Of a stretch of DNA of 64,000 nt, positions 22,101 through 37,100 are shown piece after piece. The stretch lies in assembly GCA_963924565.1 (NCBI GenBank), contig OZ004607.1, forward strand, positions 7,068,001 to 7,132,000. The letters run 5' to 3'. The first letter of the stretch is position 1. Each line of letters opens with the position of its first letter. Below the pieces are notes generated by a model. The model ran no database searches. It saw only the letters and a program-made list of their open reading frames with translations, and had not been told where the DNA came from. The DNA comes from Ascidiella aspersa (Eukaryota). Position numbers and translations under genes: made by a program.

Positions 22101-25100
22101 ATAGACTTGATTTTAGTTTTAGTTTAGGCATTAGTTCGACAAAAAACAGCATGTTAGTCTATTTGTTTCATGACGTCATCCCTAAAATATGTCAAGCCGA
22201 CCCTATGGTCCACGCTAATAAAATTGTTTGTTAGAAAAAACAAAGAACCCCTGGTTGAGGGACACAAGGAGCGGTAGGCTGCGACCGGGAGGAATTACGA
22301 GATGTTAAAAGCCTTACACATTGTTGACACAAAAAAACGAATAACAAGGTTTACTTGGTTGGGTTGTATTTGTAAACTTTTATCTTGCCCTATAATTAAT
22401 ACATACCAAAACGTTTCTGTTGGTCTTTGATATACAGGATAGGAGTTTTTTTAATGAGGGAAAAATAAACATTATCACTTCAATCTAAAAATTGAAATAA
22501 TCAACACGAAGCTGCAATTCTAACCAAGGGTAGTTTGACGAATTGACAATTAAACGTCCTACAAAAAGCAATACAAAACAATATCTTCAAGTGAAAATAG
22601 GAGCTATAATAATCCTGAAATTGTAAATTTGCAACTCACTGGTTAATCTCCCGTTGAATTCTCTTGATCTGGTCCGGACCCTGACTGGACAGGTTACCAT
22701 GGGAACCGGACAGTAGCCTCTCAGCAGCCGACTTGGTCCGGTGTAAGTTCGCGGAACGGGCGCTGCTCGGCCGACTGGTGCGCATCAGGGTGGCTGCTGT
22801 GAGACTATCAACGCTGCTCGCGTGCGACACTGTGCGGAAACAAAATTATGACCTTGAAGTAAATCAAGAAGCACAGGAAAAATGGTCTTTTTTATTATCA
22901 GCTTTTTTCGACCGTGGCAGCTATTAGCAAAAAAAGACATATCGCCTGGGTGTGAGTGAAGATTAGGTAATATTTACTACGATCACAAATAACGAACACT
23001 TTTTTTACGACGATGAGGCATATGGTCTGTTAATTTTGGTATGGAAGTAGAATTAAAATACTGCGTGTAGTGACCCCTACTGTACAGAGTTAATCACGTA
23101 TTGTTTGTCATTCAGTTTACTTTAGACCAGTGGTTCTCAACCTGTGGTACGCGAAGTCATTTTGGGTGGTACGCAGTATGTTTTTAAATAAAATTTACAG
23201 TTTTACGAAAAAGTTTAGCTTTTTTTTTCTATTGTAATAAACTATACATTCATCGTTATGATTGTATAGTTAAATATTTTATGCTTCATCAATGATAGGA
23301 ATTATTATCTTTCCGGGACATCTATGCAAATTTATTTTATGGCATCATAGAAACACAACAAAGAATCACAAAACTTGACTACCGGTATCTTGCAAAGTTA
23401 AAAAAGGGAAACTTTTTCAAGATTAGTGGGCCGAATTTGTTTCGAAATTTCCGGGCTAACTAATTAGCTAATCCACCCCTGTTAATAATCCTACATTTTG
23501 TTGGTACGCAACAAGATCATAGAAGCTCGAGGTGGTACGCGGTGAAAAAAAAGTTGAGAACCACTGCTTTAGACAATACGGGTAGTTAATCTTTCTGTCA
23601 TGAGTCGTTGAGACGTTACTCATCAACAGAAAAATGTACGTGCAACAAAATGGTAACCAGTCATGAAAAAAAAGGTTCTTAAGTGTAAGCCGATCGGACG
23701 CCGTCAGGTATATAACATTGCTAAAGCAAACCATCTCAATTTATTTAGAAGAGCTAGAATCATCCCCAACATTTTGGACATATTGGTTTGAAGTTTAGGT
23801 TACAGTAAAACGTCTTTGAAAGTAAACATAGCGCTATTCGAAACGTAGAAAAATGTCATCTTTGATAATCCTACTAAAAGGCTTGATATTCCTATCTTTG
23901 TAATTAGTACTAAATATCTTAAGTTTTTAATTTAGCACTGAGTATGTGATAATAGAAATCACTTTGACCCTTGCAAGACAAATGTCGACCTTAAATGCTC
24001 AACAGTAACAACAGAATAATCTAGCAAAGCTAGTAATTCAGGTCAGACATTAAGATCTTAAAAGATATATATTTATTTCGCCAACAAAGACATCGTCAGT
24101 ATATCTTAATTCGAATCCATGTAAACACCACATGTTATTCCACAATATCTTTCACCCACCTCCGTGTCCTGGAAGGGTGAAGTACTTTCCTCCGCCAAAA
24201 CCTCCACCGCCTCCATCGTGCGAGATGCTCGAGGAGGAGGAGGCGCTCCTTAGGTGTCCCACTCCTGCTCCCACTCCTCCCGTGGAGCGGCGCTCCGTCG
24301 AAAGTCGCTTCACGTTACGAGGTGATCTTTAAAAGCGTTGTTTAACGTTTTTATGTTTGCAGAAAAAAAGTTGGGGATCTAGAATAAACGTTTGTTTATC
24401 CGATAAACCAGCAAAGCATTCATGTAAAAAACTGTTAATTAACAAAATTGCATTGTCAACTGCTCTACAAGTTGCTGTGATTGACTCATTAACATTCCTA
24501 TAACATTAGCGAGTTGGTGTTAAATTCAGTTCTCGCGACTGTATAATTGGGTTTTATGCTTGAAAGCGACAAATAATAAAAAATATTTTTAAGTAGGAAA
24601 AGACCGACGATATAACAAACGGTGGCCAAAAAAAGCAAGAGTCGAAATTAAACCCAAGCGCGACCATAGTCCGATAGAGTTGTGGCTGGGTGAATAGACG
24701 CCGACTTCTGTTTTTCACCGAAGTGCCTAAAAATTTTCCGGCAAATATGACGTCACCAAATTCTCGCTGAGAAAAGATGATTTTATACGGGGAGTAAGAT
24801 ATAAACTTGGGGTAGTTAACACGTTAATTTACTAATAAATGCAAAAAACAATTGCATCTCGAGTTCCATTATTAGTCTCGGTTTTGTTTTAAAGAACAAC
24901 GGTCCTTATTATGTATTTTACAGGAAGATTTATATTTATTTAGGAAAGCTGAGCACCCCAAGTTTTAGCTAGGGGTGATCAGAACCCCCTAAGCACCCCA
25001 AACTTGGCGTCTATGGCTGGGTGTTTTGTATTTTAGTGTTTTAGTGACCAAATAGTCAGGTATGCTAGCATATGTTAAGTAGCCTAAACGTGCTCTGACC

Positions 25101-28100
25101 TTAGTTCGCTGCTTTTGTTTGATCCGCTTCGTCCCACGGTCGAGGTTGGCGATGCCAGGCTTTCATCGTCGTCTGCAAATAAATGCAGAATATCACTTAA
25201 AAAATTGGATCTCGGTTTAACGAGGTAATAAACCTACGCATTGCGCTTTACTGAGTATACATTTCTTCTTGTAATAAGATAGCATTTACTCGACTTTACA
25301 GCGAAAAAAACGTAAGGATAATTATTAGATACTTGTCGAGTAATAACATATTAGGCAAAGACACGATATTTATAATAGGCAAGTATAAGAACTGTTATTC
25401 ATATAAATATATATATAATATAAAACTTTGTATCAAACAATGAATATTTCTTTAAACTGTAGAACCTTGCCTTTTAACAAATCATATAACCACGGTGGAA
25501 AAGCACTTTTAAACCAGCTGTATTACACAAATATTTTTTACAAATACCTGTGGCAATCAAAGTCAGTCATATGTAAGTTCTTAAAAGAAATGTATTTCAC
25601 CACAAAATAAGGCATCTTCAGTCTCTTTTTTGGAATGAATGTCAATTATAAATGACTGACTTTGATAAAGAGAGGAAAGCCTAGAGAATAGTCGCTTCCA
25701 TTTAAAGTTCAGCTTGCCAACTGTATTACAATTGCTATTTTGCTATCATAGAGTTATAAAACCTCAAGGTGTATATCTAGACAAAAAAAAAAACGCGACG
25801 GCCAGAATTTCCACCTTTAAAGTTTTCCAGCTTGTTGACGAGCCCGATCTTGTTCCTGTTAAGATTCTCCATCATGAGTTGCACTTTGCCGAGTTCCCAC
25901 TCGAGCTGACGCTGCGACTCTTTCGACGAGTTCGGACTCACGCTGCAACAGAGTAACCGAAAAATAACATTTTTAATTGGAGGCCGACTTCAATATTTGA
26001 TTCGGTGCCAAGTTCGAAGTAGAAAAAGAGAGTTAAAAATATTAATCAGTGCACTGGACACTGCCTGTGTAAACATCCAAGTAATTTACAGTCATGTTTA
26101 GTCTACAGAGCAACAAACAAATTCATATAATTAGTTTTACAATTCGGGTATTTAAAATGTTTTTTTTTATCCAATTAGCACATCCAGGTGGGGAAAGAGG
26201 GATACATTGACCACTAAAAAAAAAAAAAAATTCCTAGTGGGTTCACCTTTTCGGTTGGCCTTGGTGAAGTTGCTCGAGCAGCTTGATCTTCATTTTGCGG
26301 ATTTCTTTCTCAAAAGCTTCGTTTTCTTTGGTCATGTCTTTCAGTTTCTGCGGTCGAATTGCGAGGTTGTCAAAAAGAGTGAGAAAAAATGGCGGATAAG
26401 AATAAAAGCTAACTTTCGTGGTTGGTGAAATCGAAAATATACGTTGGAAAAGTACGGTTGCGCGTTTGATATTGCGGCACGCGACAAACTGCTATACTAT
26501 TTATATAAAGCCAAATCTCCAATTGTACTTTTTACGAAAATGTTTATTTTTTTTCAGTAAAATTTAACTTTTTTCAGCAAATACTCGTGGTGCAACAGAA
26601 TTTATATAGTGATGCATTTTTGTAATACGTACCGATGCCGATTCGTGCAGCTGAGCCTTGACAGCTGATAGTTTTCCTTCCAGCTCTATAGCACTCCCTT
26701 CGCCTGAGAAATTAGAAGTATTGTTATAAATAATAAAATTTTAAGAGTTTAAACTTAACACTGCTAACAGCGCCTGTCTTCCTGTTTTTAACCAGTGCAT
26801 TTTGGCGTTTTTTTGTTTTAATTTTTGGGTGCTTGACGTTTCGACTTTTAAACCTTTTTAAAAAGTATAAAGGTTGCCTATTTTCGGTGGTGCTTTGACG
26901 TGCGTTATGAGGTTGAAGATTGGTGTTCAGTTAAGTCACTAACTATCCCTGACCTAAGGCTGAGGTCGCGCGTTCGAACCTCATCACATGATAGTTCTTT
27001 CTAGCCAGTCGCCTCATTGTTTTCGTACAATGTTTTTAGCAACTCAAATTAAAAAAGTTTATGCTACTCATAAGTTAATTGGAAAAGGAGTAAAACAAAA
27101 GTATAGCTGACAATAGGATCCTGGTGGTTTATGAAGCGTTCAAATAAACCGGCTAAGGTTGTGTATCACTTCCAAACCTTAAATGAAACACGAGCGTTTT
27201 ATCTGCTTGCGCTCCGAGGGGAAAATATATTACTAAGGCGTTACTGAATAAATATAAGACCCCACATGAACCGGCTGAGCTGTACAGCTATAGCACTCAC
27301 CCGACAGACTCGTCTTGGTCCTGAGCAGTGATCGCTCGAGTCGCATCTTCTTGGTCTGTAAGCTGCTAATGTCGACCGTCAGGCTCTGTAGCATGTTGTC
27401 CAGCTCGTTCAGTCGACGCAGCTTCGCCTTTTGAGGTAGAAAAAAAAGAGTCTGGTACAATGATTCTTTACTTTAAGACGGTGGTTACTTTTTCCCTGTT
27501 CATGTTTCAGAAGAATACGCAACGAAACGTCATAAGAAAGGCGTCTAAATTACTAATAAATGCAACAAATTTATTTTAACTGGCTAATAATTAACATATT
27601 ATATGCGCGTTTCCCCAAGAGCCTGTCCCAGGGGCCAAGGAAACCCCAATCAAGAAACCCTGGTCTAGTACAATTCTTGATGATGGGAGTATTGCTTTAC
27701 TCGAGTAACGCGCAACTCCCAGTAGAGTATTTCGATGCTGATAGTAACGTGGTTTCTCGAAGATTTCTCAACAGAAAGTATTGCTCCATCCGGTAATTTA
27801 AAAAAACTAGTCGATATCGCCTGAAAAAATAGATTTTATTTAACGAAAGTTTCCAACGCACCTCGATGTCTGATTCGTTGTTGTTGAGTGCGTCGTCGTC
27901 CATTATCACGTCCTGGGGCGGTTTAGACGGAATCTAAACGAAATCGAATATGGACTGAGATGAAATACAATACTTTAAAATGTCTCAACAACTTTGTTTT
28001 GTAACAGAACATTGCAGTCACGTCACAGGTGAAATCGTCAAAATTAAAATTTTAAGATCTTATGAAGCAATCCTGAAAAAAGGCTTCTAACTGTATATAT

Positions 28101-31100
28101 AGCAAAAGTAAATCAACAACATCTAGTGCTAAACAGACATAAATCTTCATACAAACCAAAACGGTAACATTTACCAAATGAAAACAAAAATGTACAATGC
28201 AGAACTTTCAAAAAAAGCAACTTTGTTACGACCAACGTGCAAATGCACTTGTGATTCCAAGTGCGCCTGTCTATAGGCTTTAATGTTAAAAGCAAGTGTT
28301 TTCCGTGATATTAATCTACTCACCACATCAGGCTGCTTCATGGAGACAGCGAAAGCGCGAAGCTGGCCCTGTAAAGCAATAAGGGTAAAATAAGCAGCGG
28401 TTGAACGCATCTGCTAGCTTTGATTAACACTCATCCGATTCATTAGATGCTAGGATATAAAATGCAAAGAATCGGACATCCTTGCACGTGAGAGACAAGT
28501 CATTTTCGTTAACAATGGCACAATGACATTTAAGGTTATACTTCAGGATTAGAATTTCGGAGACACCAGTGACAACTTTTGGAAACAGCAATTTTGCCGC
28601 GGTTTTACTTCAAGTGTTAAACGATGTCGCCACCTTATCGGCGTAAACAAAATCTAAAAGACGTCTTCTCAGCGCTGCACACAATTTCATGGTAATAAGA
28701 GGTGTTGAAGAAATCGAGCTTATAAGAGAACTCGAGCAAAAACGCTGCAACGATGTAAAAAAATAAGTAAACATTCTTGTTGCCTTAAAAGCTCAGCCGG
28801 TCACCGTTTAGTGCCACCACAAGCAAAACGTATTTTATTTACCTGTTTCCCTTGCACGTCCATCTGTTTGATCTCGTATCCCGAGGAGCGCTTGGAACCT
28901 GTATAAAGATAGTGTAGTGGTAAGAAATCGTACCGCTATTCGACACACATCGATTTTTTTTTATAAAATACGTTAAATTCGGCAAAAGCGTCCCAATTTA
29001 CACGAACTCTGTTGAAACACTATTGACTCTCGTGTAGTAACAAACGATTTTTATCAAGGAAGTTAGTTTCCTTTTTAATTAAACAAGGGACCCTGTTATC
29101 GACTGAATCATCAACCATTAATAGGCACGTTACAAACTATTAAATCTAAACAGGCAAAATCCCCGCAAAAGAAACTGTTTTTAAAAAAAGTCCGGGCATT
29201 TTTTTTTATTTGCAAAAGCATCAGAACGGATTTAGACAAGTTGCCCTATTGCTCATGTTTTTCAAAGATTTCGGCATAGTTTAGATTTAGACCAAATTGC
29301 CTTATAATAACGCCACATAACAAGCGTAATAGAGTCGAAGCGACGGGGTTAACATTTTCAGTCAGTGTTTTACTAAGTTGTCGCATTGACAGTGGGCACC
29401 ATTCGGGATGCAAGTGAGCTTTTTATGGCGTAATAAATCCCCCCACTTAAGAAGCCAGTTAATTGACAGGTGCTCGTATAGTGATAGATTGATTTGTTCT
29501 TTGTTAATGTTAGCTTGGAGCAACGGACTTAACTGACCTTGGTGGTTGTGCGGCTCGTCACGGGCCGGTGGAGACGCGTCGAAGCGGAACCGATCGTCGT
29601 AGGGTGAAACGGGTGAGAATACGTCATCGGTTGGTCTGCAACAAAAACATGCGAGTGATTTATTTTGTTCGTAATATCGGATCGGAGCCGATACCCGGTG
29701 CCAATGGTAGTATCGGTACTCGTTCGATACCAGGTTGGTATACCAGGTTGGTATCGATAATTTAGTATGGGAATTTTAGGCTTGATATTGAAAGGTAAAT
29801 TAAAATATTTTGAAATTTATATTTTTAAAATAAATTTATATTTTGAAAGGTAAATTAAAAAAAAAAGTTAACAACTAATGGTAATCAAACTTCCTAACAG
29901 TAAAAGCAATTTTTTGCGTTAATAACCAGGGAAAATTTATCTTTTGGACGTTTTATCGATTTTGTTTGTATAAGAATACTAATGACGTGATTGGTATCAG
30001 AACTAACATATTTGCTAGTAAAGATTTTCTGGAGAACCTGGCCTGGTACATGTCAGAGAAGGCAGGAAACTATAGTGAGAACTTACAGATACGTCGAAGT
30101 GCTGGGAAAAGCATCGTTAACGAAGGACTCGTACACACGAATGGAACAAAACCTTAACTTTCACTTCACCAGTCTTAGTCTTTTCAAAAGTCTTTATTCT
30201 TATTTGTTGTAGGCGAATTATGTTACGAAAAATAATCCGTTTGTCGCAAATATAACAAGGAATGTTTAGATTAAACTGAAACTTAAGAGAATAACCAGGT
30301 CCAGTCAATGCCCTTACCTTCGTGGCGTGTTAATGGAACTTGGAGTCTTCTGTGACGAGGGTCGGTAGTCGCGCTGCACCGGCACTCCAGCGCCGTTAAG
30401 TGATAGGTGGGCGTCGGATTTTGTGCGCGCGCCGCCTGGTGGTTGCCTGGCAACGGGCGACTGCGGCTCCAGGTAGCTGGTGCTCTTCGAGTTCTGGATG
30501 CGGCGACGTCGGGAGCTCGATCTCTCGTCAAGATCCTGGAGGAAGAAGAGAAAGATTTAAAGAGAAAGATTTAAAGAGAAAGGAGATTTGTTTTTAATTT
30601 TATACCTTTTAATAGTCTTCGGTGTTAAAAATTGCGAAATGAGGTGAACCTTTAAAGACTGCAGAATTTTCACAAAATCACTTGTATCATCATCAGTTAA
30701 TGCAGTGCCTCCCAACCAGTGGGTCACGACCCATTGGTGGGTCGCAAAGCTTTATTAGGTGGGTCGCGAAGCATTTCAAACTGTTACAGTTTCTTATTAG
30801 ATCGGAAATTTTTTGCATTATCATTACGTAACATTTATGCAACAATATCACAAATACTTAACAATTGGATGTGTTGTGTCGCATTAACTATAACGTACGC
30901 CCGTAGTAAAGATGCAGGTTTTATCTAACTTTATTCGTTTGGTCATATCTCATTTGGTTCACACAATAAAACTTGAATTGAAAGTGGGTGAAAAAAAGGT
31001 TGGGAAGCACTGAGCTAATGTGACTGAAACATATCCAAGATTCTGATAAACAGCAGCAGAAAAATACTTTCAATATGTTTTCAATCGACCTTATTAATAT

Positions 31101-34100
31101 GATTATTTTTAAATTAAATCATAAAGACTGATGAATAAATAAATGATTTTACCTTTTACCGTTTTTTTTAATTAATATTAGGCTTTAAGATTCCATTTCC
31201 TATTACAGCAGTAAACCTCTTTTTTAATACAAATTCACGTACTGAAAAAGTTGTCTTAAATTTTAAAAATTTGCACAAAAAAAACAACAAAAAAACAGCT
31301 CATCGTTTACCTGGGTCGACCTGGGCCTGGGCAGCGACATAACCCTGTTGTTCCTGTACATCGGAGGCACGCTCATGATGCTCGACGCCACCTCGGTAGG
31401 ATCCATGTAGTCGTTGTACGAGCCGGGCTTGTAGCGCTTTCCGCTAGACGGCGCATGTGGGGCGCGAGCAGAAGAACGGTGCGAGTTATTCGGCGGTGGC
31501 TGGTAGAAGTAGCTGAGGAGGGAAAGTCAGGTTTAAAAAGTGTGGAGGAATATAAATTTCCTAGTTATCTAGAGAAAAACAATAGAAGAGCAGTGGTTAA
31601 AATCTAATTGTCAGATGCTTATGAAGGAAAGGGCATTTTCCGGGACAACGTCCTCCATTAAAAAAGTGAGAAATACCCTTTCGAGTTAAGACAAATAAGA
31701 AATAAACAACTCCCAAAAATAACAAAGTTACGTTGTCTTGGGAAAGCGCTTTAGATTAACCAGTTTTCTGACATAAGTTATTCAAACTATAGAAGTTGAT
31801 TTATCGTCAAAGGAGGGTTGATTACTAGTCTCCTAAGGTTTTATATTATTTGTACAATATCTGAGACAACTGGTCACACTTGGTAAAATAACACGAAGCT
31901 GGCTAAACAGAACTAGCCACTTTATCAGACTTTCTTGCATCCATCGAAACTCTTTTAAGAAAATGTCAGATGCCTTGTTGTTTGACTTACCCGGCCTTGT
32001 TGCGGTTCGGTGAGCTGGCCGAACTCAATTCGCTCGCCGTGTCGTAAGCCGGCCTGCAAAAACAATACGAAAGTGTGAATAAAAGGGGAATATATTCTCT
32101 GGTTTCACTTCCCGGTTAAAACCTTGCAGTTTCGGGTTAAAAGGAACCGAATGGAGCTCGGGAAAAACTAAGACGTTGGAGCCAAGTAAAAAATTGGGGA
32201 CCGACACGTTAAACCTAATCTTGTCTCAATAAAGGCAAGACGTGTTTTTACTGAGATAATATAAAGGTGGATGCTGGATTTCGATATGTTAGCTAATTAC
32301 ACAAGCTTTCGTTAAAAAAATCTGTAATTTGCTATGTTCTAATTCATTACAAATTTCGCCATCGCCTTTTGTTTTATTTTGACAGGCAGAAGTTATGTCC
32401 GAAAAGACGGTGTCGTTTTTACACGTATATGTTGATTTTTACACGTATTTGTACAAAAGAGTCCTAACCAAGTCAGGGTGTCCACATATTTTATGCAATA
32501 AATTTAAAGCCTTGAACAGTATAATGCTAGAGACAAAAAAATAAGAAATAGCGTAAATATTATTTTACTACGGAACTTTTTAAATTAAGCGACAAATAAA
32601 ATCAACTCGAAGATATACAAAAACTTAAAATAACAAAAGTTTTTTAAAGATTTTTGAAATACGCAAACCAATTTAAAGGCATTTAAATATCAAAGGCTTT
32701 GTGGCCCCCCGGCCTAAACGTCGGCAGCATTACGTCACTGATACCAATTCTGCACTTGTCAAAAGCTCGTTACCTTCGCTGTCTGTCAGTGGTGTTTGAT
32801 GGGGCTTGTCTCTGTTGCTGCTGCTTCTGGTTCATCACCCAGCTGCCAAGCTTGGCCATCGAGTCGTGACGTTTCACCTTCGTACCGCCGCCTGTGCCTG
32901 TCGTTCTCCTGCAAGCAAACGAGAAAAGTTGACGTTTTTTTCAAATTTTCAATATTAGAGTAAAATTGATAGAGATTAGATTATAATGTGTATGTTAAAG
33001 CCGACGTGTCCAGCAATGCTTAATATTCCCAATACCTGTATTGCGAGTGTATTTATCGTAAAACAGGACAAACCTCAAAATAACCCTGGATTTACCCAAG
33101 CGATTGGAATTTGATAGTGTGTTTACTATTACTAGTTCTTCAAGATAAAATCTTTTTCGAAGTTTAATGCAGTGAAATACTATACCAGAATACCGTTGGC
33201 AAATTTTCAGAAAGTTGTATCACAGTCGAAATTGATTTGAAAAAACGCCCGATGAGTTTGAAACTAATCTAATATTTAATTAAACGAAATACTACATCTA
33301 GAATGAAATGACCAGGTCTATTTGACAAGCAAGTACTTGGTATAGTTTCGCCGCTTGGGGTAAACCACACTTTCAATTTCTTGCTGTGAAGAGACAAAAG
33401 GGAACAATTTCAAAACCTGTAGGAGATTATTAGCGGTCGACCGCGAGTCACACGCAATGCATTTCATGAAGGTTTAAGAATCAGGAGAAAGTTTCTAATT
33501 TAATCCAGACAAATGCAGACGTGGAAAACGAGGTTTACGTGACTTCTGTCCCATATGTTAAAGGAAACTTTAATCATAGCGCTAAAAATGCAGACGCCAA
33601 ATAGAAACGTTTAAAAGTATTTTTACAGGGTTTTAGGCCACAATTTCCTTTGGCGTTAATGAGTTAGTTACCACCAGTTGTTAACCTCCTATGTTTTAAT
33701 AAACCTACCGTTTAAGTTAGAAGTGCTGTTTTGGATTTGATACCGGGTAGGCACCGATACCATCACCCTAGTTTTGGACTAGTACCAGTTGGCATCGGGT
33801 ATCGGACCTGATTTGATAATAACGGACATCTCTAATCACGACTACTACATCTGACGCAACTTGCTTAACTACTCAACAATCAAAACAAACTATAATATCA
33901 GCGGCGAGTATAGCATCCGCGTTCACTTTATTCCGCACGCCAATCAAACCACCTGTTATATTAAAGCATATTAAACCACCCTGACCTGCTTTCTGGCGGC
34001 GACATGTCCACATAGCGCGGGGGTTCCCCGTTGTGTTGGGCGTAGGCGGCCGCCTGATCGTAGCTCTTGATGAGACGGGGATCAGCCGGATGTTGCTGCT

Positions 34101-37100
34101 GGTGGTAGTGAGGATGCGGAGCCTGCTGTGGATGTTGATGATGATGTTGGGTAGGAGGATACTGCTGCTGATGCTGATGGTGGTTTCTAGATTGAGGAGG
34201 CTCTGATGCCCCTCTTCTCCTTGGCTCGCCTCCGGAGTTATGAGTCCTTGAGGAGGAAGAAGTCGTCCTCCTGGAAGAGCGACTGTGCTGCGAGTTGCGG
34301 CTCTGTTGCCGTGGCAACGACGCATCCTGCGAAGCGGACGAGGAGGTCGATCGCTTCGGGTTGTTGCTACTGTTGTTGTTGCCGTTTCGCGCCGGCCTAT
34401 GATTGGTCGAGCTCGGAGTGGAGGGGTGGGAGCTAGGAGGAGTAGGAGGCTCCTCGGAGCGGCGGCTCGGAGGAGGTCGGACCTCGTTGAAGCCGAATTC
34501 GGAGTCGTCGTTGTTGCTGTCTTGGTTTTTCTGATCCGCTTGCTTCTTAACGTCATCCTTGCTCTGGTGCGACTTGCGTGGCGAGCTTTTGCTGCGCGGA
34601 AGAAAATAGAATGATTTTATTAGTTTTATTTATTTTAAAGCGTTTTGGAATGATTTTGGCTTAAACATGGTAAAATGTTGTTAAAGTTTTTCTGAATTTT
34701 AACTTTTTGGGTGACTAACTGTAGAAATCGGTCTGCGTTGAAATATAAAAAATATATTTTTTTTTATTCCCGTTAAAAGCGCGTTGTCTAAAACGACCAA
34801 GCTGTGCATTTCCTTTTTCAAAATGGTAACATTGAAGTTGGTGTTTTGGCGTTAGTTTTAGCTTAACCTAGTTAAATAAGCTAAATTCAATGACGCAATT
34901 AAGCTGAAAGTACATTAAGTGACAAATCAATGCAAAGTCAACTGGCAAAGTTCCATTTAAAGCGTGGAAAATCGATAGCTTTTGTTGTGGAGATTTAAAA
35001 ATGGCTGAACTCAGGAAAATGTTGCCAACTAAGGATTGGCCTACAATTGTTAGAAAGCCGGTCATGACCTACTTCAGACTTGGAAGTCTCTCATACAGGC
35101 TTGCTTTAATAAGCTGAAGTTAAGTACAATGCCCTGCATGTTTTAAGCGCAGGTCAGCTCCGTAGCCCGCGGCGTTGTAAATTTGGAAGTTAAGTTGCCG
35201 CCCATATCCGATGCCATGCAACGCGTTTGGATTTCGGCCAATTTGCGAGAAAGGCGTTTTATTGACACATCTGTTATATGGCTAAATATTTCAAATGTTG
35301 TTATTAGTGCAAAAATAAAGGTTCATGAAACTTACAATAAAGGTGTTTATTAAAATTAAAAATGACATAATCGAACGTGGGCTGATTTTTGGAGTAAATG
35401 CAAAATCTAGACCCTGGTAAACATTGTTTTTACGTGAAACAAGAAAAATGTTCACCAATCGTCAGTACCTAAAATTACATATAATAGTCTTAACACTAAT
35501 ATCATTCGGTTATATGCGCTGAGAACTATAATCTGGTATGAATAAGCAACCCTTTGTAATCGAGGTAATTCAATTTAGGGCGAGAATTTGTAAAACTCTG
35601 TGCCATTGACAAAATTTTACAACTGGACAAAGTCGAACGCTCTCTTGTAATTGATGACGTCAATTTGGAAGATTGTCTGAAAGTTTGAGTGACGAAATTT
35701 GATAGGGACACGCACGTCGCACGTCAATATGTAATGTGAAAGAAATTAAAAGGGAAAAACACAATTGCGTTTGTAGCAAATTCTAATTTGGCAAACAATA
35801 AACAATGACATATGACACTTTTAAGCTGACACGTTTCCAATCTAAAAACAAGGTAAATCAAGGTTTAAAAGGTTGCAAAACACTTAGCAGCGACTTCAAA
35901 GTGTAGCCAAGGTGATGTACTAATGTAAAAGTGCCAACATAGCGTCACACCCTATAAAACGTCGCCCTTTTGCACTTGAGGGCGGAAAGAGGCGACACAA
36001 AGCACAAAACACGCCGCCTTCGCGTTTGTAATCCGCGCAATGTACCGCCTTGTTATCGCAGCAAAGTGTAACGCGATATCAAGCCAGTTTACATGGCAAA
36101 CAAGAAGGCCCTGCTGCCTTTTTGACTGGTTTTATTAGGACCTTTAGTTCTAAACAGTTCACATTGGACGCGTAAAAATGCAGCCCATTCTGTTATTTTC
36201 CTGTGTTTATTAAAATATGCGAAGTTTTCACAAAAAAATGGGTGAAAAATGAGAGCCGAGTTGCTTTCGGAGCGGCCACGAAAACTGGCTCAAAAATGTT
36301 ATCGCGACCTCGGTACTAGCAACACAAAAGGACGGAAGGTTGTTGTATCCACAAGGCCCGCTACAATGCCAGTGCGACCCGGACGCGTTTCGCTGTGTGT
36401 GAGGTCATCACGGTGTTCTGTAGTACACACAGCACAATGCGAATTAGGAACGACCTTTGGGTTAAGAAGCTGATCAGGAAAAATATTTCGAGCTTAAGTA
36501 TTGTTTCGTACCTGGGTAATAAGGGTAATTTTGACACATTAAAAGTGGTTTCGACTTTAGACAATTTATGCGATGCTTGAATGCTAATTATCGAAAAGTT
36601 ATGCCTTTCTTTAAATTTAGTGTTAATGGTTCATTTGAAAGTAAACTTTTTTCACTTTAGTGTTGATCATCATTAATTGATTGCGTGTCATTGCAAATTA
36701 TTATAAAAGGTTTAATAAAAATCCATCGTCCTTCTCAGGATTAACGGCGCGAAAAAGTTCAAGAACTTTTGTTTTAGAACAATGTTTCGAACTTAAGTCG
36801 TGCTGCTATAACCGTGACAATACACAACAAAATCAATTGGTGGCAATATTTTCAGACCAAACAGACCCCTCATCCAACCTATTTGTTAAGAGGTGAAGAG
36901 AAAATTAAGTTTGACTTAAACTGGCGAAACCAGTTCTTAAATTATCCAATAAATCACATGCTATTGAAAAGCAAATCTCTAAACATCTTACAATATGATT
37001 ACTGTGCTTTAGTCTGAAGAATATTATTCATTATTCGCAATCATCGTCGTCGTCTCAGTTTAGGGCGAGGCGATGATTCACAAAGTCTTTATTTAAACAT

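Noticed and set aside
26920-26990. tRNA gene (B-box-like gttcgaacc)
   Set aside because: No cloverleaf or acceptor stem could be formed; at most a decayed tRNA-derived SINE head.
33873-34614. 227-aa (-) and 109-aa (+) ORFs
   Set aside because: They are alternative or antisense frames of the GC-rich PLEKHA exon 33986-34591; splice phases select a different frame.
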